Shown one piece after another: positions 11,523-23,178 of a stretch of 64,000 bases of DNA; position 1 is the stretch's first letter, and every line of letters begins with the position of its first letter. The notes below the pieces were generated by a model, which saw only the letters and a program-made list of their open reading frames with translations, was not told the DNA's origin and searched no databases. This stretch comes from Azolla caroliniana. Its lineage: Eukaryota; Plantae; Polypodiophyta. Both the position numbers and the translations under genes were made by a program. The stretch spans positions 6,386,001 through 6,450,000 of the forward strand of contig JBHGNT010000017.1 of assembly GCA_043228905.1 (NCBI GenBank), written 5' to 3'.

Positions 11523-14500
11523 ATGAAGCCTCCACATTCACAGAATCATGATCATTCTCTCCATAAAGTCGGATTGCAGAGCTTGAGCAGCAAGGACGCT
11601 GATCCTGACGCAGGAGCTTTGTTCGTGCTTGAATCCAAAGGTGTGTTGAGAAAAAGGCATCACCCTCTTTATCTCCTCTTATGCTAATGTTATGCTAATT
11701 CCTTCTAGAAGTAATCAAGAATTCTTTTTAGACAAGGACTCTGAGAACTTTCAATTGAAGTTGGGTTTTTTTTATATAAGGAGATGGCTGGATGACACTG
11801 GCTATTATTGGTTCTAGGACACTGTATATTTTTTTGCCATGATTGTAAAAGTATTCCATATCAGGAGCTCTGTGATAATAACTTTTTTTTTATGTATGAC
11901 TATATTCTTGTTGGCATGAGTATATGTATTATAGTAGGTTTCCATAGCTATAGATTTCTGAATTCAAGGATTCTGGAATACCATGCATTTCTGAACATGT
12001 CTGATAACAAGTCCAGATTTAATGGTTATATGTCGATGTCAATGTTGAGTATGGTGCTATGGCTGAATGTCCTCCATTTAAGAGCTTCTATGAAAAGGGT
12101 AACACAAATAATTCAATGAAAGCTTGTGATGATAGACTGGATATTAGCATAGAGGAGATGCATATTGTGTAAAACATACGAAATCAGTCACATCACAAAT
12201 AACAAGTGTTCTTTTATAGTGTTTAAAACAATCATGTGCAAGGAAAAATTTGAATGCTACATGTGAGAGAAAAAGTACAAACTATCTTCAAAGGTAAGTA
12301 TCTTCTTCACATGATCAAGCTGATGATAGTGTGCGATTCATGACGACAGTGAATGATGGAATGCAATGCATTTAATCATCTAGGAGTCTCTACATGTTCA
12401 CTACATGATAGTTGTGGCATGTGATGCAACATGACCACGATGAATGATGAAATGCAATGCATTTAATCATCTAGGAATCTCTACGTTGTTCACTGCATGA
12501 TAATTATGGCATGTGATGCATCATATAGGGGGGGGGGTCATGTGCGCATATCAATGAAAGATTGTCATGTGATGTGATTTTGCAGGGAGTTGGGTTCACG
12601 CGGGATACCATCTGACGACATCAATAGCGGCGCCTGCACTGCTGAGCCTTCCATATGCATTCGTATCGCTGGGGTGGGTTGGTGGGTTAGTGTTTTTGCT
12701 GGCAGGTGCAGCTGTTACATTCTACGCCTACAACTTGTTGTCGCTTGTGCTCGAGAGAAAGGCTGCATCTGGTCATCGTTTTCTCCGTTTTCGCGACCTT
12801 GCATACGACATCCTGGGTCAATCTTTTTTCTACTTGTAGTTTCTATTACCTTGATCAGTAGAAGATGTAACACCATAAGGATGGGGTCATGATTTAACTA
12901 TGGTGGATGTATTTCTGCTCCTATAATTGATTTCCTTACAAAGGAAATTCTGTCGCATTTCCTCAATTCATGAACTTATATCCTCATTCTTCATATGGCA
13001 CGCCCGCTTCAATATATACAATGCACTTTTGGCTGTCTTAGAAGACCGTGAGTGTGTGTATGCATAATTAGACTAAATGAAGACACGTTCTGAATATGGG
13101 CAAGCTATTTGAAGAAAAGTAGTGATATAAGATCATTAACACAAGATAGATAATAAACACTTATTTTCAAAAACTTGGATAGAGTGACTTCATTGAGACA
13201 GAGAGGGGGGAGTCTTGCACAAGATGGCTAAACTAGGTTCACTATAAAGGTTAATCGAGGGGAGCTCTTCAGTACAAGCCCTTCTTCGACAGCAATGTCA
13301 GAGAAAGTGATGGGGACAGCCCCTTTCCTGTAAACCATCATAAAAGTCTTTTCAAAGACAAATGTGTGTCCATTCAAAGAGCTTTTGCACAAGATTTAGC
13401 ATTTGAGCCCTCCTACACTGAACATTTTTAGTTGTGAATGAGGTTGAAATGAATTATGAGCTCTCTCTCATTCACCCGAGTAACTCTATCCAAGTTTTTA
13501 AAATACAGTTTTGTATTATCTTATGTTAATGCTATTTGATGACTGAGGAAAGCTTGGTTTAACCAAAATACCATTTCGTGATATACTATATAATCAATAC
13601 TGAGGGATAAACCAAAACATTTCTTGTCCCCCAAGAGAAAACTGATTCAGTTGACCCGGCAAAATGACACAAATGGTCTACCCACCATCACAAACAAAAA
13701 CCCTAGAACCACCAATACATAGAGCATTGTGTATTTTTGCATTCTGTATACATTACAGATGTGTGCATTATTCGTCTTTTCCTTTTGAGGTAAGCTAAGG
13801 AAAGAAATCTATTTTTCTTAAGTACCTTTAACTTCAATGTTTCTTCTGATATTGGCAGCAATGGTTATTATTGGTTACTCAAATTTTTAAAATTTTAGGG
13901 CCTACGATCACTCGTTATGGAGTAGCTCCGGTGCAATTCTCTGTATGTCTAGGTTCCGTGATTGCATGTACGGTGATTGGAGGCCAAAGCATGAAGGTAT
14001 GCAAATGTATTGATGAATACAATGTTTTCCGGTTTCGAAAAGGGATTCCTCCTCTTGAAAATAAATACTCTTTTGCCAATCAGTGTTGTAACATTTTCTC
14101 TTCTTGTAGTTGATCTACTCGATTTATCATCCAAATGGAGATATGAAACTCTTTGAATTCATCATATGTTTTGGGTTGCTTATGATGATTTTGTCTCAAT
14201 TACCATCCTTCCACTCTCTGAGATACTTCAACCTTCTGTCATTGCTCTTGTGCCTTGGGTATAGCATATGTGCAGTAGTGGGCTCTATATATGCAGGTTT
14301 GTTGAGTAGAGCGTAATGATTTTGCACATTGGTAATCTGTGCCTGAATTAATTTAAACATGCTCAAATATATATCTGTATTTTTAGGCTATCATCAACAT
14401 ACCCAAAGGGATTACAGTATCAAAGGTGGAAAAACTAGTCAGTTGTTCGGTATTTTTAATTCTTTTGCTATCATTGCCTTAACATATGGCAATGGAATCA

Positions 14501-15798
14501 TACCTGAAATACAGGTGACAAATTATATTATAACCTCTGATGAATATAACTTAACAAATTAAATGAATAGTTCATCCTAATTTTTTCTAGTGTTTATACA
14601 TCACTGGAACCAGGCAACCCTCGCTCCTCCGGTATCAGGAAAGATGTTTAAAGGGTTGTGCATGTCCTATGCAGTAGTGGTATCAACATTCTTTTCTGTG
14701 GCAATTTCTGGCTATTGGGCATTCGGTAATGAATCGGCAGGAAATGTCATGTCCAACCTCGCTCCCTCTGGCATGCCAGCCCTCGTTCCCAATTGGCTGA
14801 TCTTTGTGGCCAACATGTGTATAATCTTACAACTTTTAGCAGTTTGTTTGGTATGCACTTCTTTATCAACAAAACTCGTGTCATAGTTTCATCATCATTT
14901 CAAAATCGAATATGCTTCCAACACATGATAATTAGATTTTTGTAAGGTTTAAGAGATTGGCGGTATGTCCGCAGATCGGAGATCGTCTGTCTTCTCCCCA
15001 CCTTTAGCACAAGTCACAGTACAATCCCTCTTAAGGAAGAAAAAAATTAAACATATAGACCGATGCATAACATGAAGATCATAGATTTATGGTCAAATTT
15101 GATGAGGGTGATTTCTTAAAATAGTTCAAGGTCATGCATACTATGGTTGTGTGCATCCTATGAGAGTTTATTTCTCATTCACCCAGCTTGACTAGACATC
15201 AATGTCATGGTCACTTTGACTTCCAAGCTTAATATAGGCATGCTTTTATCCAGATGCATACAATATTCACATTTATTGCATAAACAAATTTCCATCAAAG
15301 CAACTGTTATGTTTGATGCAAATGGATGAATTTATTTCTGTATATACATTATCGAATGGATGAATTCATTTAAGCATGTGCATTATCTACCAATCATGAT
15401 ATAATTATGATGTGTAGGTGTATTCACAACCAACATTTGAGGTATTAGAAGGAAAAGCTTCTGATGCTACAATGGGGATGTTTGCCTTAAGAAATTTTAT
15501 ACCAAGGTTGCTCTTGAGGGGCTTCTATATTACACTCGCAACACTCGTAGCTGCCATGCTTCCTTTCTTTGCAGATATCAGTGCCCTCATTGGGGCCTTT
15601 GGTTTTACACCTTTAGATTTTATCTTTCCCATGCTTTTCTACAACATGGTATTCAAGCCATCTCGGAGATCCTTCATTTTCTTAATAAATGCACTCATTA
15701 TAGTGGTTTTCTCAATCGTGGGCATATTCGGTTGCATTGCAGCCGTACGACAAATTGTTCATGATGCAAGAACCTATCGAATCTTTGCAAATTTGTAG
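11523..15798 (+). CDS. GAT1: GABA transporter 1-like amino-acid permease (AAAP family), copy A. Exons 11523-11640, 12586-12816, 13899-13996, 14110-14296, 14387-14514, 14614-14850, 15418-15798; 459 aa
   Basis: GT-AG introns join into an open 1380-nt frame. Motifs [76 protein letters not shown] and GAFGFTPLDF are typical of plant GAT1/GAT2-like transporters. Orthology to GAT1 is not tested. Confidence 0.92.
13134..13531. mobile_element. MITE-like element with imperfect terminal inverted repeats of about 55 bp in GAT intron 2 (longer version at about 47436-48072)
   Basis: Left arm CATTAACACAAGATAG..TTTTCAAAAACTTGGATAGAGTGACT pairs with right arm AGTAACTCTATCCAAGTTTTTAAAA..TATCTTATGTTAATG. Copy A lacks about 240 bp that copy B has. 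TSD is ambiguous. Confidence 0.55.
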
Positions 15799-17229
15799 TA
15801 TTACCGGTAACTCAAGAATAAGATCAACACTGACTCAACTGAAAAGCTCCAACAAGTTTCCCAACATGGAATGCATAGGAGAAGTAGGAACTTTTTATAT
15901 TTTTTTTATGACTTTTGGATGATAATCCTTGCTATTCAGCCCTAGGAAGGGCCCAAATTTGGTCTCTTAATATTACACGCTCATTTATTTGGCATATTAA
16001 AACATAGAGACATTGGCTTGTCTAAATACTTAAAAAAGGTTTCCCCCCATAGAATGCACCAAAGAAGCAAGGCGATCGTTTCTTTCACTTTCGTATATCA
16101 ATGTTTAATATTAGGTCAGATGCCCCAAATTTGCTATCTTCATAGCCATGAAATGTTTATGCAACCACGCATGGCATCTTGTCTAAGACTAGCCAAATCG
16201 GGACATGCCTACTCAATATCAATACCCTAAATAGCAATGCTAATAAAAATGCAACAAGTGGGTCCTAGCCACTTGCGCCTACAATTGTTGAGTAATAGAG
16301 AGGAGAATTCGTGAATATGTAGAACCTACGGTTATCACCAAGAAAATGAATGATGAAAGAGAGCATAAATAATGAGTGATTAACTTGAAGTTACTATAAA
16401 AGGGCAAGTTGAAGAAAGGCATAGATGACCATGATGTGTTCCATTGAAAGATATATAGCGGTGCCAAAAGTTTGCAATGCAATTATACTACATTGGCTTA
16501 ACTCAAAGTTGAAACTCAAAAGTAGAAACATAGAATGCATAATGTATGCATGCAGGCTAATAAGGCTTCATAACTTTCTAAAGTGTCAAGATCCTACACT
16601 CTCAACCTAAAAAGGCTTCCCAACTTATAGAAGTGCAAAAACTCTACATTTTTAGATTAGACTTTACAATACTATATAATCTTTTCTTCATCACACAATA
16701 TGTCCTTTGAATCAACTCCTCAATGATCGTGACACAATATTGCCAAATTTTGCTAATGCATATATACCCAAGGCCATACCCTGATGAAATGCAACTAAAA
16801 CATGATTAGCACCAATACGTAGTAATTAGGGGGGTCTAGAATGGAATACATGGATGGGAACTCACATGAGCGCCACAAGGTATCCAGGAATCTAGAGAGT
16901 GCAATTGTCATGCGTGTAAATGTATCACATGCAAATATGCTAAGAAATCAAATTCTTTTTTTGACATTTCCTTTACATAAATGAAAGACATTGGCAAAGC
17001 TTGTCTTTTTTTGTGTGATGCTTACTTGATTTATAATAAAAGACATTATGATAAAACTTATCACTTCTTTTCTTTTCTTCAAAGATTTTCTTCGGTAGTA
17101 TTACGGAAAAACATCGGAAGGCTACAACTTGGGCTTGTCTGTCAGAAGCTTACAATTTTTTATTTTTTATTTTTCAAAACAAAATATACTTCCATTAGTT
17201 TCTAAAAAGGCATATTAGCTACAACATAC

Positions 17230-17950
17230 AAAACAATTGCAAACAAACATGTTTTCATATGGCATTCTTTGAGCCTCATCAAGAAGCATATTCAATTGTA
17301 AACTTTACATAATTGGGTATGTGCAGCTAAAACGAAGTCATTAGTTAAGTCCACACTTGAAAGCAACTTCTTATACCAAGCATCATATGCATGTGATTCC
17401 ATACCTATTACGGCCATGACCATATCCTGTGGTAAGTTTTACCGTAGTACTTTATCCACACACTTGGCCTAATGGGTTGTCCCAATCCCAAGGATTAAAA
17501 GTAATCCTTTCCGTCCTTACACTCTTGTTTAACCCTCTCACTTTATCCATGTGTATAGAATACTACGGTAAAACTTACCATGTAATATGGTCTTGCCCGT
17601 AACAAAACCTCTAAAGAAAAACGGGATTATGAGCAGTAGATCCACCATATTGTAATGCCAATGCATCTCCCATATTTTGATACATATCCATCAGAGCATC
17701 TGCTATATTGTTGTATGGATCAACCTTGGGATTATCTATCAGGCTCAAGGAGAATAATTGATGGCATACGGCACCCAAGCCATAAGCATATTGAGCAACA
17801 TTTTTCCGATCGAAGCTATCAATACAGTTTTTTCTCAAAACCCCACTATGATATTTTGGTTCCTTTCTATCCTTACCATCATTTTGACCTTCCTTTTGTA
17901 CAAATTCAATATGTTTAGTGCTCTTTGGTTCAACCTTTGTTAACTTTGAC
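17230..17950 (-). pseudogene. Scrambled intronless fragments of a SAC-domain phosphoinositide phosphatase (SAC1-5/FIG4-like)
   Basis: GVLRKNCIDSFDRKNVAQYAYGL..DALMDMYQNMGDALALQYGGSTAHN is a degenerate RxNCxDCLDRT catalytic region. YKKLLSSVDLT.DF comes from the N-terminal part of the domain and is out of order. Confidence 0.8.
17406..17604. mobile_element. 199-bp LTR-derived mini-element with inverted ends of about 45 bp and a near-TSD ATACC/AAACC
   Basis: The right two-thirds match the LTR at about 7093-7243. The left end TATTACGGCCATGACCATAT..GGTAAGTTTTACCGTAGTA is the reverse complement of the right end. Further copies at 36844-37042 and 45557-45701. Confidence 0.75.
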
Positions 17951-18243
17951 AATTTCTTTTCCTTTAACCTATTCTCCACCTTGTAATAAAACGTTGTCGC
18001 GTGTTTCCACGTGTGCATGTCGGATCAGGTGGAACCATGGGGGTCTTGGACTAAGGATCCTGAGAGGGCCCACAAGTGTACAGTGACTATCCGGTTCGGT
18101 TGCTAGAGATATTCTCAGAGCACACAGACTCGCAAACGTATATTTCATCCGTGCATGTCGCCAGATTCTGGAAGATGAGCACACGGGATAAGAGACTCGA
18201 GTAAATACGCAACACAAACAGACACTGAGATTAGAAGGCGGAC

Positions 18244-18246
<3 letters not shown>

Positions 18247-18285
<39 letters not shown>
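18247..18285. repeat. (AG)n microsatellite
   Basis: Read directly. Confidence 0.95.
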
Positions 18286-18290
<5 letters not shown>

Positions 18291-18959
18291 CAAGAATGTA
18301 TTATCAGCAAAGAAATTACAACCGGACTCGGCTGGCAAAAGAGGTTCGAGCTCTACACCCACACACCCTCACCGGATTGATGAGCCTCTAGTCGGGAGCA
18401 CACGGGCTTCCTACGCAAGCAGAGGCCTCACCAACACCTAATGAATACACAAAACAAAAAACTAAAAACCAAAAACCAAAAACCTGCAAACCCCAGAAAA
18501 CCGACAACACTTCCACTTCCAAAACGATGGATCCCTCTAACGGTCTCTCTCCTCTCCTTTAATAGATCCAAGGAGAGGAGGATCAGTGTTACATCAACCG
18601 TTTAAGGCAGTTGATTCTATCAATGATTCTCCCTCGTTTTCCTCACTACACACGTTTCATTCCTCTCTTTTTGTGGGACATTAAAGTACCCATCTAAATC
18701 ATATTGCCTAGTACTTATTAGTCTTGTGTTATTTACAATGTTTTCTGTACATAAGGCTTTGCTCCTATGCCTCCTTGCAGCCATGTTTTCACACGCAACC
18801 GACGAGTTCTCCTTGAGGCCAAAATTCCTCATTCTTATGCATCCCACGGCCTTTCTCCCCTTTACCGGAATCCTCCACGACAACGTGGTGGGCCACCTTG
18901 GTTAGCCCACAACTATCGTCTCGCATGTCGAAACCAACCATCTTCATCTCCATGACCAT

Positions 18960-19790
18960 CGAGAGAATACTCTCTCCGATTATCCCCAAAAAATTTACCT
19001 CTCCTTCTGGAAATATGCTTCAATCCCCAACACCATCGTCACTCATCCTTATGAGAAACATAAAATCTGCTTCATTCAGTCCACATCAACCATCTCACTG
19101 ACCATCTCGCCGATTACCACCAAAATCCTGTACTAACAACAAGAAATGAGTAAAAAACATTTCCTCACCTCTTCATGATAATATGCTTCAACGCCCACAC
19201 CATCATCACTCATCTTGATTAAAAAACAGAAAATCAACTTCAATTATCGTTGTCGTTGTCGCCAATTATCACCAATTATCACCAAAATCTTATACCTACA
19301 AAAACAACATGAGTGTACTCTCTACCTCTCCTCATGAAAATATGCTTCAAACCCCGCCAACATCATCACCCATCCTTATCTAAACTAAAAAATATGCTTC
19401 ATTGTCCGCATCAACCACCTCAGAGATTACCGCCAAAATTGTCTTACATCAATAGTCTCACCAATTCCCACCAAAATCATGTACTAACAACAACAAAGGA
19501 GTCTAAAAAAACTTTTCCTCCCATGTTCATGATAATATGCTTCAACCCCCATACCATAATCACTCATCTTGATTAAAAAACAGAAAATCAGCTTCCTCAA
19601 GTCCACATCAACCATCTCGTTGTCGCCGATTATCACCAAAATCTTCTACCTACAAAAACAACATGATCGTACTCTACCTCTCCTCATGAAAATGTGCTTC
19701 AACCCCCGCCAACATCGTCACTTATCTAAACTAAAAAGTATGCTTCATTGTCTGCATCAACCATCTCAGATATTACCGCCAAAATCGTCT
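18960..19790. repeat. Degenerate tandem repeat, units of about 160-190 bp alternating as a dimer of about 355 bp
   Basis: AATATGCTTCAA.CCC...CATC.TCAC recurs near 19012, 19180, 19339, 19534 and 19691. Confidence 0.75.
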
Positions 19791-19934
19791 CCATTCCTAT
19801 ATGCTGCAACCACCTCCTCCATCTTAACTCATGTTCTTAGCTATGTCCACTTAACATCAACGCATGCATCCAACATAATAGAAATAGATTACCATACTAC
19901 TAGTCTCATTGAATTCACCTTTTTCGATTAGGTT

Positions 19935-22342
19935 ACATTTTTTTATGTACAATGATGTACAATAATCCTAAGACCAAAGTTAAGACCAAAGAAAAGACCA
20001 AAGATAGGACTTTGTAGAAGGTGTTAGAATTTGTTGTTGCACACTACCATGGTTTACTGATATTCAAGAAAGGGTCCATGGAAGTCAATAGTGTCATTGA
20101 GGCCCTTGAGTTGACTCTATAAACAGGGGCAACTTTTTCCATAAGTGAAGAACCTTCTTCCTTCTCTTAGGGGAACCATGCATATTGTCATACTGGCCAC
20201 AAACTATTTCCAGCAAGTTCTCCCATATCTCAAGCAAGACATCTGAGAGACGTTGATCTACCGCATCATAAAGTTCGTTGCATCGACATTTCGATAATGC
20301 CCATAACGTTATTGTAGTCATTGTTTTCCAAACCTGGACAGATTGCACCTTCTTTCGAGGTTGCCGAAAGGGACATACTAATATCAATCTTCTATTATGT
20401 ACCATCAGTACCTCCTGAACATCGTCTGCCTCATACAACATCAAGTTGGAATGTAACACTCCCCACATTGCTGATCTCCATGAAAATAGGCAGCCAACAT
20501 TGATTGTTAAGAATAACGAATAGACTTTATTCCATACTTGTTGATCCAAGGGACAGGACCAGAGGACATGCTTGGCAGTCTCTTGAGCTTCATGACAAAT
20601 GCCAAAATGCCGAAGATTGGGTATTACATTCCCTTTGAATGAATGACCAACTGGTAATGCCATATGCACTAATAACCATCTAAAGAGAATAAATTTAGTT
20701 GGCCCCTAAATGACCAAATCCATCTCTAGTAGGTTTTCAAATGCAAAGTTGAGACCCCCCAAGTGGTCCAATGTTTTTGAGTTGTTGGTATCATTGCATT
20801 CCGAGAGAACAGTAATGATCTTCTAAGTTTTACTGAGTACTAAAAGAAGGGAACCTTTATGATCTGTTCCACAAGGAATGTGACCAAAACCAACCCCCGG
20901 GATCCCATGTTAATCTTGCAACAGGGTCTTTTGCGTATAACCACAACATATAACACATATGAGCAATTGAAGGATACAGATCGAACATCCATTTCTTTCT
21001 AGTTTTAGCAACTACTCTAACTGGTGCACTTCGCAAGTGTTGTAGATAGCTGCAATCGAAGGTATAAGGTTGTCACCTATGGTTGTCTAGAACCTAAAAA
21101 TAAGAAGCGCACCCGTTAGGTGAAACACCGTTGACATCCATCATTGTGTCATTTATGAAGCATCCAAACAACAAATTTTCGTGCCTAGGTTGGAAGGTTG
21201 CTAATATGCTAGCAATCATTATCTTGACACCACGAATAGATTGTAAATGTGCATGGCCATCTTCTTGTGACATTTGCTAAAATTGAGTCCAAGTTCTTAC
21301 AAATTCAGTAGGCCCATTATCCAATTTACCCCAACAAGGCGAGTTCTCGGTCCCAACACTTTTCTTGCATTATCCCGAAATAGAGAATTGGCAAGAAGAG
21401 GCTAATTAAGTAACTTACATCCCACGTAGAAGGCATTTCCTTAAGCAAAATGACTTAATCACATCCCATGCCCTTATGATTCCTAGCAAAAATATATTGG
21501 ATGCAAGATTGTGCCTTGGTGTTTGCACATCATTCACGAACTACCACTTTAAAGAGGGTGACCAAACTCCTCCTATCTTAGGACTTAACTGTATCAACTG
21601 ATTTATAAATATTTCTTTCCAAGCTTCTAATCCTGATAGCAATCCTCTGATCACAAACTTAGTCAAGAGGGTTCTTGACTGCATCAAAGGATCTATCAGA
21701 CCCAACCCTCCATTGCTTTTAGGTTGAATTAACACATTCCTAGCAACTTTGGTTACTGTTGGAGATCCTTGTTCCAAATAGATGTTATAAATCACATTGA
21801 AGCCAACATTACTGAGTTTGCTACTACAACCCCCCAACCTGCAAAGGACAATTGCTGGGCATCCAAATATAGTAGTACGTTTTATTGACAATAGTAATGG
21901 CTATAGCATTGCTTTTGGCCTCAAATATATATACCAACCATAATCCCAAATATCAAACTGCTTCACCATGGTGAAGCTCGGAAAAAAAGGACCTGGACAC
22001 CATGCAAGGTGAGTTTCTCACCCACCCAAAGTCCGACTAACTTATTCCACTTAAGTGATGCACCCACCTCTATCATCTAAGAAAACTTGCAAAGCATCTT
22101 GTACCCGACTAAGATTACCAATCTCCCCGTCAACCTAGAGGGTTGTGTCATCTGCAAACTCAACATCCAATACAATAGGTTGTGTAATAGGTAATGCTAT
22201 GCTTTTTATACCAACCGAAGACGGTCTTAGGTAGGGGGACAAAGCTTCCCCAAACAAGATAAAAAGAAAAGGGGCAAGAGGGCATCCTTGCCTAACAGAC
22301 CTAGAGAAAGGAAATAGTAGCCCATATCCTCTAGCAACAGTA
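19935..22342 (-). mobile_element. 5'-truncated degenerate L1-type LINE (RT C-terminus, zf-RVT region, 3' end)
   Basis: Minus strand SVRQGCPLAPFLF..DVEFADDTT (about 22150-22300), QPKSNGGLGLIDP and ETAKHVLWSCP. A-rich end near 19940. Confidence 0.85.
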
Positions 22343-23178
22343 GGTCATTTAGAACAGGTAATATGTCACATTCCTTTATTGATAAATACATGAGATGTCA
22401 AGAATTACAATTTTTTAACAAACTTTCAAGAATGTATCACGCATGCGCACATGACTTTTAAAAACATCAATAAAAAACACAGCTAATATTATCAAGATTT
22501 CAAATTTAACCTATATTTTCTCAATTCATACACATATTTAGCCAGACATTCGCTTGGATTACGAGAATGCTTTCAACTATCATTGTAATATGCTTCATTT
22601 TACATAATGTTGATTTTGAATCCAATTGAACAATTTCAGAAACAAAATTTTAATGCTATATTTCTCTCTAACTCCTATAAAGCTTGTTATATTAAATGAG
22701 CAAATTGCATTTTTGGGTATAATTAGACATATATTCACAAGTGAATATCACATTATATACCTCACATGACCAAAAACTTCTATGAACATTATATCCCAAT
22801 CATATATGAACAATCTAAATGTAAGATCAAGTGAGCAACAATGTTGACGTAATATTATTTTGTACACTCGAAACTAAATAACCAAGATTAAAGAGCTTAG
22901 AAATCCTAGAATAAAGCTAAATTCAATTATATTAATAAAGAAACAATTATAACCAACATTTGTCATACAATCGATAAGTTCATAATCATCTATTCATTAG
23001 AAATTATCTTAACAACCACATACTTTGCGAGTCAACCAATATAAATATATGATAGACACTTAAAGTTTGCAAACCAATCAGATAGTGTATTGAATTGGTA
23101 CTCAAACAAAATAATATTATATTCCAAAACAAGTTTAATGTTACAATTTTATAGTTACAAATACAAACTAATATGCAA

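Noticed and set aside
17611-18018. Functional SAC phosphatase gene
   Set aside because: The catalytic motif is degenerate, the fragments are out of order, and the ORF start lies in unrelated sequence.
17982-18593. Possible solo LTR (TGTAATA...TGTTACA)
   Set aside because: The flanks (CACCT and TCAAC) give no TSD and there is no second copy in the window.
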